In this document: one piece after another, positions 46,135 to 53,873 of the stretch
Numbering within the stretch: the stretch's first letter is position 1
How the letters are laid out: the number at the start of each line of letters is the position of its first letter
IMG/VR virus record: IMGVR_UViG_3300011977_000415
Span: 32,001-96,000 of that record
Strand: one strand, 5' to 3'
Origin: a virus
Taxonomy: Duplodnaviria > Caudoviricetes
Length of the DNA stretch: 64,000 nucleotides
Notes under the pieces: generated by a model
Seen by the model: the letters and a program-made list of their open reading frames with translations, nothing else
What the model was told of the DNA's origin: nothing
Database searches by the model: none
Program-made: the position numbers and the translations under genes

Positions 46135-46368
46135 TTATCCCCCTTTTTCTTTTGAATCTTCGATGAAGTCTTGCCATTCCCATTCGTCTGCAATACGGGT
46201 GGTGTTCCCGTCATACAAAATCAAAATAGGTTTGCCAATAAACGCCACCTTGTCCGGGTCGTCAAAGGTTGGATTGAAAACCTTGTACCCATTCCATTCG
46301 CATTCAAATTCCGCACCATCGAAACCGTATGATTTCGCAAGGTCAATAATTGTTTGGTTTGGCTTCAT
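46135..46368 (-). CDS. Small acidic protein, candidate immunity protein
   Basis: Stop abuts the MuF stop; last gene of the leftward operon. Confidence 0.5.
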   Translation of the reverse strand: MKPNQTIIDLAKSYGFDGAEFECEWNGYKVFNPTFDDPDKVAFIGKPILILYDGNTTRIADEWEWQDFIEDSKEKGG

Positions 46369-46373
46369 ATCGT

Positions 46374-46610
46374 TTATTGTTTTGAGTGTTTACGATTCGT
46401 TTTCTTTCGGTGGATAATTCCCCGGTAAATGATACACTTGTTGTTGCGATATGGCTTTGAATCCGTTATTCCATACGCCCACAACCGAGATTTCGACACA
46501 CCCAAGTCAAGGGGTGTAAACTTGTCGAATATCGCGGTGATAGAACCGAAATAATGGTGGTTGTCGTCGCCAAAGCAAACGTGATATATTGTTGTTCCGT
46601 TCATAATCAT
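46374..46610 (-). CDS. Hypothetical protein
   Basis: ORF in leftward operon (HYFGSITAIFD). Confidence 0.65.
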   Translation of the reverse strand: MIMNGTTIYHVCFGDDNHHYFGSITAIFDKFTPLDLGVSKSRLWAYGITDSKPYRNNKCIIYRGIIHRKKTNRKHSKQ

Positions 46611-46849
46611 TTTATTCTATAAACACGTACGCCATCGTTGATTTTCCTTGTTGTAAATTGCCATTCGGGCGCGTTTCTTTTGCACCACGATTTTGCGTTT
46701 TGAATCAATAAGGCTTGCTTTTTATAGGAATAACCATCAATAAAAAACGAATCCCCAACACGCATTGAAGCCCAAGGATATTTTGTTTTGTTTCCCTGAA
46801 CAACTTTGCAATAATGTTTTGGGACAAGACAATGTTGTTGCGTTTCCAT
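46607..46849 (-). CDS. Small basic hypothetical protein
   Basis: KYPWASMRVGDSFFI...GVRVYRIK. Confidence 0.65.
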   Translation of the reverse strand: METQQHCLVPKHYCKVVQGNKTKYPWASMRVGDSFFIDGYSYKKQALLIQNAKSWCKRNAPEWQFTTRKINDGVRVYRIK

Positions 46850-46850
46850 A

Positions 46851-47405
46851 TTACTTCAAGTTAAAATCAAACCATTCTTTCGGCGAATTGAACGCCGCCT
46901 TTTTCACTTGGCGATAAAACGCCTTGTTCAGCTTGCGAAGCCTTGCCAAGCATTCGTGGGGATTCCAACGGAAGTCCGGCATTACTTCGTTGTTCGCGGC
47001 GTAAATACCGCCTTGTTTTGGCTCAAAATGAGCAAAGGCAACCAAGTGTCCATCTTTGACGAAAACAACGTCTTTGACGGCTTTATTTGGCTTGTGGTGG
47101 AGTGTAAAGGACGTGCAACCGTTGTAATACTCAACAATCTTGCGGTGTTGTTCCATTGCTTCTTGCATCTTACTTGCCTTGTTCTTGCGGAAATCCCACA
47201 TATTCTTGGCGACCTGATGCCGGAGTTCCTCCACATTGATAGGTTCTTTCCCGGTTGCCACGTCATACGGCAACATTCCATTGGCAAACATTCGTACAGC
47301 GCGAACAAAGTTTTCCTTGTCCACCACCTTGTCGTGAAGTTCTTTCACGAAATCCACCGTCAAGCCATACTTGCTTGCGAGTGCTTCAAAATTCATCTTT
47401 TCCAT
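46851..47405 (-). CDS. Hypothetical protein
   Basis: ORF in leftward operon. Confidence 0.7.
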   Translation of the reverse strand: MEKMNFEALASKYGLTVDFVKELHDKVVDKENFVRAVRMFANGMLPYDVATGKEPINVEELRHQVAKNMWDFRKNKASKMQEAMEQHRKIVEYYNGCTSFTLHHKPNKAVKDVVFVKDGHLVAFAHFEPKQGGIYAANNEVMPDFRWNPHECLARLRKLNKAFYRQVKKAAFNSPKEWFDFNLK

Positions 47406-47421
47406 TGCAAAAGTAATTATT

Positions 47422-48063
47422 TTATTTAATACAACATTTATTTTGAAATCTTATTTCCAAGTCGAAAACACTTTTCCCCTTGCCTTTCATCGGTTCTTTT
47501 AATCTTGATTGCATTTCTTTCAGGCGTTCCCAATACTTGGGCAAGAAACGAAAGATGTTTTCAAGTTCTTCAAGGTTCTTATTTCGGCAACACCAACAGG
47601 ACACCCGCGAAAGTATGTCATATAAACGAATGCCATCTTCAACCCAAAAGAACCCTTGTTCATAGCAATATGAAAGGCAATCTTGTTCAGTCATTCGCCA
47701 TTCGTCCAATGGAAACACCTTGTTCCCGTTGCGTTCCTTTTCAAGTCGCTTGGGTTCATCGTGTGCAATGCCCACATATTCGATGCAGCCTTTGCAATAT
47801 GCTTCAATTGCTTTCAGCTTTGCAGTTGTCCCCCAACGACAAACGCCACCCGATTGAAAATTGTGCTTCTTGCGAAATTCCGCTTGTTGTGGTGAAAAGC
47901 GGAAATAAGAAATGGCGTTTTGTACCATAGACACGATTTCAATTCCGGCAAGCGGACGGAATCGGTCGTAAATTGCCACCACGTCAGCATTCAGGACAAC
48001 GCCTTTGTTGGCGATGATAATGCCCTTGATTTCATTGCGAATTTGTTTTGTAAGATTCTTCAT
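47422..48063 (-). CDS. Chimera: hypothetical N-terminus + C-terminal half of a PAPS-reductase-family protein
   Basis: CRWGT..K, YVGIAHDEPKR, FPL.EW.MTE.DCL, RVSCWCC; no SxGKDS PP-loop. Confidence 0.65.
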   Translation of the reverse strand: MKNLTKQIRNEIKGIIIANKGVVLNADVVAIYDRFRPLAGIEIVSMVQNAISYFRFSPQQAEFRKKHNFQSGGVCRWGTTAKLKAIEAYCKGCIEYVGIAHDEPKRLEKERNGNKVFPLDEWRMTEQDCLSYCYEQGFFWVEDGIRLYDILSRVSCWCCRNKNLEELENIFRFLPKYWERLKEMQSRLKEPMKGKGKSVFDLEIRFQNKCCIK

Positions 48064-48104
48064 TGTTGCGAAAGATTGTGGGCGGTTGCCCGCCCGGTTG
48101 TACA

Positions 48105-48311
48105 TTACCCACGAACAAATTTGACGGTTTCATTTTGCGTGGTTTGATTTTGGAACACCCAACCAAGGTCGTATGCACGTCCATCGTCCTTGCGATGGTA
48201 TCGAAACCACTTGTCATATATGCCGTTTTTGCAATCGTTCATTCCTTGGTCGTAATCGTGTCGGGCTTGCTTGATTTCAGCTTTTGCCCGGTCGATGATT
48301 TCTTGTTGCAT
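48105..48311 (-). CDS. Hypothetical protein
   Basis: First gene after leftward -7 box TATCTTTG (48341-48334). Confidence 0.65.
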   Translation of the reverse strand: MQQEIIDRAKAEIKQARHDYDQGMNDCKNGIYDKWFRYHRKDDGRAYDLGWVFQNQTTQNETVKFVRG

Positions 48312-48312
48312 C

Positions 48313-48467
48313 GTGTGTTATAGTAACACACTGCAAAGATAGATGTTTTATTTAATAAAACAAGCATTTCGGCGAAAAAAATGCACTTGCAATGCAAAAT
48401 TGTTGATAAGTTGGGCATATCTTGCCCGAAAAACGTGTATGTTTCACTATAAAACACACTACCTTTG
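48313..48467. promoter_or_regulatory. Divergent promoter region: leftward operon promoter and candidate late promoter 2
   Basis: Palindromes at 48313-48331 and 48439-48457; TGTTGATAA at 48401; TACCTTTG 48460-48467. Confidence 0.65.
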
Positions 48468-48502
48468 CACGTGTTTGATTTTTAACTAAAAGTATTTGTT
48501 CA

Positions 48503-49192
48503 ATGAAAAAAACAATTTTGGCGTTACTTGTGGCAAAATTCCAAGGCGCGCGAAAAGACGGATTGAATGTGTTGGCGGGCATCCTTGCCTTACAGGCATC
48601 AACCGAAGATGAAGCGAAAGCCCTTGTCGAAAAAATCACCGATGCGCAAGTGAATGAGTTCATCAAGGATTATCGCAAAGACGTGGACAAAGAGGTGTCC
48701 GAAAGTAACAAGACGTTTGAAACCAATTTGCGCAAAAAGTACGATTTCAAGGAAAAGGAAGTTGAACCCGGCAACGACCCATCCAAGAACCCGAACGACA
48801 TTGCGGAAATTGTCAAAGCAGCGGTCGCGGCAGCGGTCAAGCCCTTTGAAGAAAAATTGTCCGGTTACGAAACCAAAAACATTGCCGATTCAAGGCTTGC
48901 GCAACTCAATGAGAAATTGAACGGATGCAAGGATGAAACATTCAAGGCGCAAACCTTGAAAGATTTCGCCCGCATGAAGTTTGAAACCGATGATGAGTTT
49001 GCGGAATACTTGAAAGACAAGGAAACGGACATCGCAACGGCGAATCAAAACGTGGCAAATGCCGCGCTTGGCGGAGCATCCGGAAAGCCCCTTTTCGCTC
49101 AAAAGGGTGATGATGGTGTTTCCAAAGGTGTTGCCGATTTCGTGGCAAGCCAAAAGCCCGAAGCAAATGCGTTTACGGGCAAAGAAGTTTAA
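48503..49192 (+). CDS. Probable capsid scaffolding protein
   Basis: Charged helical protein heading the capsid operon. Confidence 0.65.
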   Translation: MKKTILALLVAKFQGARKDGLNVLAGILALQASTEDEAKALVEKITDAQVNEFIKDYRKDVDKEVSESNKTFETNLRKKYDFKEKEVEPGNDPSKNPNDIAEIVKAAVAAAVKPFEEKLSGYETKNIADSRLAQLNEKLNGCKDETFKAQTLKDFARMKFETDDEFAEYLKDKETDIATANQNVANAALGGASGKPLFAQKGDDGVSKGVADFVASQKPEANAFTGKEV

Positions 49193-49212
49193 CCCTTTAA
49201 TTTGCACAAACT

Positions 49213-49779
49213 ATGTCATTGACAATTAAAAGAGCAAAGGACAACCGCGTTGTGAAGTGCATCTTGCATCGCATCGCGGACATCCCCGGCGGTGTTACCG
49301 TAAAGACCGCCAATCTTGGCGGCACGGCATTGTTTGAGGGAACGCCCCTTGGCAAAGGCAAGGATGGTGTGTTTGAGGTGTGCAAGACCGCCCAAATCGT
49401 TACCAAGGCAGAAGCCAACGCAACCACGTATGAGGTTGCCAAAGGACATCATTTCAAGGTGGGCGACCGCTTTGCAACTGATGCGTGCAATGGTCAATCC
49501 ATCACCGCCATTGACAAGAGCGATGCCACCAAGGACATCATCACCGTTGGCACAACCCTTGGCGCGGTTGTTAATGCCGGAACTTGCGCGTTTGAATCAA
49601 GCGGCGCAAACAAGACATTGAAAGTCGTTCCGTGCGCAATCGCCGGAAGTAACGAAGATGTGGATGCAAATTCAAATCTTTTCGTTTCCGCGTGGGTTCA
49701 TGCCGTTGTGCGTGAAAGCAACGCCCCAATTGTGAACGATGCCATCAAGAACGGCATCAAAAATGTTTCGTATGTTTAA
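49213..49779 (+). CDS. Probable head decoration protein
   Basis: Between scaffold and MCP; DIPGGVTV. Confidence 0.6.
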   Translation: MSLTIKRAKDNRVVKCILHRIADIPGGVTVKTANLGGTALFEGTPLGKGKDGVFEVCKTAQIVTKAEANATTYEVAKGHHFKVGDRFATDACNGQSITAIDKSDATKDIITVGTTLGAVVNAGTCAFESSGANKTLKVVPCAIAGSNEDVDANSNLFVSAWVHAVVRESNAPIVNDAIKNGIKNVSYV

Positions 49780-49799
49780 CCCGTAACAAGTAAACCGAT

Positions 49800-50906
49800 A
49801 TGCAGAAATCGTTAATGGTAGGGTTGAATGAAAAGGACATGGGCGCGGTTATTCGTACCTATGACCTCAAAGATTACTATTATCCAACCCTTTTCCCGCT
49901 GAAAGAAACCAATTTCTTGACGTGGAAGATGCTTGAAGCGCAATCGGGCTTGAAGATTGCCGCCGACCTTGTTTCAAGGGGCGCAACAATCCCCCGCAAG
50001 ACCCGTGAAGCGATTTCACGCATTCAAGGTGATATTCCCAAAATTACCATATCGCGCGAAAAGAACGAGGATGAATTGACCGAATATGACATCATGGTTG
50101 CCATGTCGTCAAACAACCCCGATTTGCAAGCCCTTGTGGAATTTTGGGCGGAGGACACCAAGTTTTGTTGGGATGGTGTTGCAGCCCGTGCCGAATGGAT
50201 TGCGTTGAAGCAAATTTCGCTTGGCAAGGTTACATTCACCAACTCTAACAATGCCGCAGTCGTAACCGAATACGATGTTGATTACCTTATCCCCGCCGAG
50301 CAGAAAATCGGCGTGGCTACATCGTACACCACGGGCGTTGCCGGAAAGCCTTTCACCAAGGATTTCCCCGCCGCCTTGAAGTTGGGCAAACAGTTATATG
50401 GCGCGAAGTACAAGTTTGCGTTCATGAACACCGACACATTCGAGAAACTCGCCGCACAAGAGGAAGTTTACAAAAAGTGTGCAACGTTCATCCAAAACGC
50501 GACCGACACACAGGATGCGCCCGACCTTGCAACCGTGAATGCCTATCTTTCCAAGAAAAAGGAATTGTTCAAAGGCTTGCAGATTATCGTGATTGACCAA
50601 GACATCACGATTGAACTTGCCGATGGAACACGCATCACCGAAAACCCGTTTGAGGATGATGTAATCCTTTTCAGCGAAAGCAAAGTTCTTGGCAACACGT
50701 ATTGGAAGAAACCGATTGACGCAAAGGCGATGCCCGGCAGCGTTGCCGACAAGGTAATGCACGGACATACCCTTGTCAAGAAGTATTCCGATGAATCGCC
50801 CGTTCGCGAAGTAACCGAGGGAATTGCAAACCTTTTCCCGGCTTGGTCGCTTGCCGGACGTTCCGTGTTGATGCAAGTTAATGCCACCTCGTGGAACAAA
50901 AACTAA
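49800..50906 (+). CDS. Major capsid protein
   Basis: 368 aa, YYPTLFP, GDIPKI, position in head operon; followed by hairpin ggggcggtg/caccgcccc. Confidence 0.85.
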   Translation: MQKSLMVGLNEKDMGAVIRTYDLKDYYYPTLFPLKETNFLTWKMLEAQSGLKIAADLVSRGATIPRKTREAISRIQGDIPKITISREKNEDELTEYDIMVAMSSNNPDLQALVEFWAEDTKFCWDGVAARAEWIALKQISLGKVTFTNSNNAAVVTEYDVDYLIPAEQKIGVATSYTTGVAGKPFTKDFPAALKLGKQLYGAKYKFAFMNTDTFEKLAAQEEVYKKCATFIQNATDTQDAPDLATVNAYLSKKKELFKGLQIIVIDQDITIELADGTRITENPFEDDVILFSESKVLGNTYWKKPIDAKAMPGSVADKVMHGHTLVKKYSDESPVREVTEGIANLFPAWSLAGRSVLMQVNATSWNKN

Positions 50907-50976
50907 CATTGAACAATGGGGCGGTGGCGGTTAAAGCGTAGGACACCGCCCCGGCGTTCGTAATGCAAGAAGTGAT

Positions 50977-51291
50977 ATGACAAACAAGGAATATTTGACC
51001 AAATCGTTGAACGGCATGAACCTTTCGGATGATGACATCGAAATCATCATGTTGAAAGGCGGCATTGATGGTGATGCCCCGGCATCGGCGCATGATTGCG
51101 ATGTTGCCGTTTACAATCGTTTTTCCGTTGTGCTTAAAGGCGCGATGCAAAACGTGTCCGAGGGCGGAATGTCTATTTCGTGGAACATTGAAGCGATGAA
51201 GATGTATTACAACGCCCTTTGCAATGAATATGGCAAGGAAAACTTGCTTGCCACACGTCCGAAGATTCGCAACCGTTCAAACATGTGGTGA
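50977..51291 (+). CDS. Head-tail adaptor
   Basis: SEGGMSISW motif; position after MCP. Confidence 0.65.
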   Translation: MTNKEYLTKSLNGMNLSDDDIEIIMLKGGIDGDAPASAHDCDVAVYNRFSVVLKGAMQNVSEGGMSISWNIEAMKMYYNALCNEYGKENLLATRPKIRNRSNMW

Positions 51292-51293
51292 TT

Positions 51294-51629
51294 ATGGCAA
51301 ACGTGAAGCAATACCCACATTTCCTTTTCATTGAGGAAACCCCGGAATCCGTACAGGATGCGGCGGGCAATTGGATTGAAAGCGAATCATCGCGCAAGTT
51401 TCTTTCCCGATGCCGGGAAGAATCGGATGGCAGAGGAACGGAATACCAAGTTGCGGGTGGCAAGACCATCAAGGCAACGTCCGTGATACAATTGCCCAAG
51501 TCATGCCCCAAGGTGGACAAGGGCGCGCGTGTCATCATTGCAAACGATATGGATTGTTCGGACATCCGCATGATTGCAATATGCTTGAACTTTGACGCGG
51601 CACAATTACATTCACGCTTATGGCTATAA
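51294..51629 (+). CDS. Head closure-like protein
   Basis: QDAAGNW..CREE; position. Confidence 0.6.
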   Translation: MANVKQYPHFLFIEETPESVQDAAGNWIESESSRKFLSRCREESDGRGTEYQVAGGKTIKATSVIQLPKSCPKVDKGARVIIANDMDCSDIRMIAICLNFDAAQLHSRLWL

Positions 51630-52087
51630 AGGCGAATTTTACACAAGAAGATGTGCGCAAGCGATTCGATGCGTTCTTGTCGGAAATCGAAAAGAAGCAG
51701 ATTGCCCGGTTGCAACGATTGGGCGAAATGTGTTTGGTTGAAGCAAGAAACAACAAAGGATATATGATGCAGACCGGGGCATTGCTATCGTCCACGGGGT
51801 ATCAAGTCTTTGTGGATGGCGTTGCCGTACATTCCCAATTCGATGCGGCAAGCGGTGCGGAAAGTGGTGCAGCCGCCACGGGCATGAAAGCCGGACAAAG
51901 CATTGCGGAGCGTGTCGGAAAGGGAACAAAGGGCGTTGCCCTTGTTGTGGTCGCCGGAATGAATTATGCCGCATACGTTGAAGCCAAAGGATATAATGTG
52001 CTATCAAGTGCGGAACACCTTGCAGAACGGGAATTGCCCCGAATGTTAGACAAACTTATTACCAACATCAAACGTGCAGCGGAATGA
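51620..52087 (+). CDS. HK97 gp10-like neck protein
   Basis: QTGALLSS, AGMNYAAYVE. Confidence 0.75.
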   Translation: MAIKANFTQEDVRKRFDAFLSEIEKKQIARLQRLGEMCLVEARNNKGYMMQTGALLSSTGYQVFVDGVAVHSQFDAASGAESGAAATGMKAGQSIAERVGKGTKGVALVVVAGMNYAAYVEAKGYNVLSSAEHLAERELPRMLDKLITNIKRAAE

Positions 52088-52485
52088 AAACACCATTTGA
52101 CACCAACGAAATCTTGATGGGGTTGTTGATGGGCAACACATCCATCAAGGGCGGTTATTACCATGAGGGCGACCGCCCGGATAATTCCACGGACGAAGAT
52201 ATTGTGGTGAACACGATTGATTTAACGGTGGACACATTGCCCCAAATCGGCACATCCAACGTGAACATTTATGTGCCGGACACATCCAAGAAGATTCGCG
52301 GCAAAATGATGGTGTTGCCGAACCGCACACGATTGAAAGAGTTGGCAAGCGAAGTCGCGGCAATCATCCGTGAATCGCGTATTCCCGGAATTAAGGCGGT
52401 GTCCGGCACGATGTCCATCATGGGCGAACCGAACACCAAACAACATTTCGTGAATATCCGCGTGGATTGGAACATTCAAGTTTAA
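52084..52485 (+). CDS. Tail terminator-like protein
   Basis: Position before tail tube; RP..S..EDIVVN. Confidence 0.6.
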   Translation: MKTPFDTNEILMGLLMGNTSIKGGYYHEGDRPDNSTDEDIVVNTIDLTVDTLPQIGTSNVNIYVPDTSKKIRGKMMVLPNRTRLKELASEVAAIIRESRIPGIKAVSGTMSIMGEPNTKQHFVNIRVDWNIQV

Positions 52486-52505
52486 TTTTTTAATTCTAAT
52501 CGTAT

Positions 52506-53018
52506 ATGGCAACAAGAACATCACTTATCACCCTTGGACTTTGTGAAATCCAAGTTGGCGAAGCGAGCGTTGCGGGAACAATGCCCGTGTCGCTTGTCAA
52601 GATAGGCAAAACCTATAAAGACACGTGCAAGATTGCACAGGATTCCGCCGATGTTACCGAACATTACGAGGAGGGCAAAGCCGCCCCGGAAGTGCGCAAG
52701 AAGTCGCGCAAAATGCCGACCTTGACATTTTCCATCATGGATGCGTGCGTGCAAGACCTTGTGGATTATGTCGGCGGCGAAAATGTCGGTTCATCGGACA
52801 CCCCGGCTTGGGGTTATGATGGCGATGAAGTCGTGGTGAACAAGGCAATCAAGGTAGTAACCGAACAAGGTTTGGACTTTGAAATCCCCAACGGCGACAT
52901 CGAAGCAGTCATCAACGCCGATATGTCCGCCAAGGGTATTTTCCTTGTGGACTTTACCGTTACCCCGTGTGCGGTTGCAGCCGGAAAGGCTTTGCGCGGC
53001 AAACCAAAGAGCAAATAA
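52506..53018 (+). CDS. Major tail tube protein
   Basis: 170 aa between terminator and chaperone; IGKTYKDT. Confidence 0.7.
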   Translation: MATRTSLITLGLCEIQVGEASVAGTMPVSLVKIGKTYKDTCKIAQDSADVTEHYEEGKAAPEVRKKSRKMPTLTFSIMDACVQDLVDYVGGENVGSSDTPAWGYDGDEVVVNKAIKVVTEQGLDFEIPNGDIEAVINADMSAKGIFLVDFTVTPCAVAAGKALRGKPKSK

Positions 53019-53043
53019 GGCGCGGGGCGCAAATGATAACCCG

Positions 53044-53079
53044 AAGCCCCGGAGAGCGACAACGCCTTTGGGGCTTTTA
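53044..53079 (+). terminator. Hairpin + T-run after the tail tube gene
   Basis: aagcccc...ggggctttt. Confidence 0.55.
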
Positions 53080-53091
53080 TAGTATATCCGC

Positions 53092-53649
53092 ATGAATAAC
53101 GATAATAAAAGACAACTTGAACAGGAACGCCAAGAATTGAACACGTTGATTGGCAAAGGCGTATCGTTTGAAATCAAGGATGTAGAAGTGGAAACACAAT
53201 CCCGGTTTTTTGGCTTGGTCAAAAAGCACGTCCGCAATGAGGTAACGCGCAAATATACCATCAACGAACCGACATTGGCGACCCTTGACCGCCTTTCGCG
53301 CGAATGGGTGGAATTTGCCATTGATGATGATGCGTTGAAATCCGCCGATGGCATGACCGCCGCCCGGACGTTGGCACGAACGCAAGCCATACGATGCGCC
53401 CGCGTGATTGCCATTGCCGTACTTGGCGAAGATAGATTGATTCCCATGCCGGGCATCGGATGCACGCGATGGATTGAGGATGAACGCAAGGTGGACGAAT
53501 TGACCGAACTTTTTGCCCGGACAATCAAGCCATCACGCCTTTACCAACTTTATTCCGTGGTGAACACGATGTGCAATCTTGGGGATTTTGTGAACTCTAT
53601 TCGGTTAATGTGTACCGAAAGAACCACCGCGCCGAATCGGATAGAGTAA
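53092..53649 (+). CDS. Tail assembly chaperone (gpG-like)
   Basis: Between tail tube and tape measure. Confidence 0.65.
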   Translation: MNNDNKRQLEQERQELNTLIGKGVSFEIKDVEVETQSRFFGLVKKHVRNEVTRKYTINEPTLATLDRLSREWVEFAIDDDALKSADGMTAARTLARTQAIRCARVIAIAVLGEDRLIPMPGIGCTRWIEDERKVDELTELFARTIKPSRLYQLYSVVNTMCNLGDFVNSIRLMCTERTTAPNRIE

Positions 53650-53870
53650 AGCAAAGCGGGCTTAATTCCCCGCATGGTCGCCGGGGTGCAATATGTGAGC
53701 ATTTCGGATGGACATACGATTATTTGCTTCATGGCGTGGCATGGTCAATTGTTCAACGCATGATGATTGATGCATCATCATTCGATGATACGGATGGCGA
53801 TGTGAACGAAATCGAATTGTCGGAGAGCAACCAAGAACAAATTTTGAATTATGTAAATTCTTTATTGTAA
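53571..53870 (+). CDS. Chaperone extension (gpT-like) in the -1 frame, probably reached by frameshift
   Basis: Overlapping -1 ORF: GLNSPHGRRGAIC.HFGWTYDYL. Confidence 0.55.
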   Translation: MQSWGFCELYSVNVYRKNHRAESDRVKQSGLNSPHGRRGAICEHFGWTYDYLLHGVAWSIVQRMMIDASSFDDTDGDVNEIELSESNQEQILNYVNSLL

Positions 53871-53873
53871 TAT

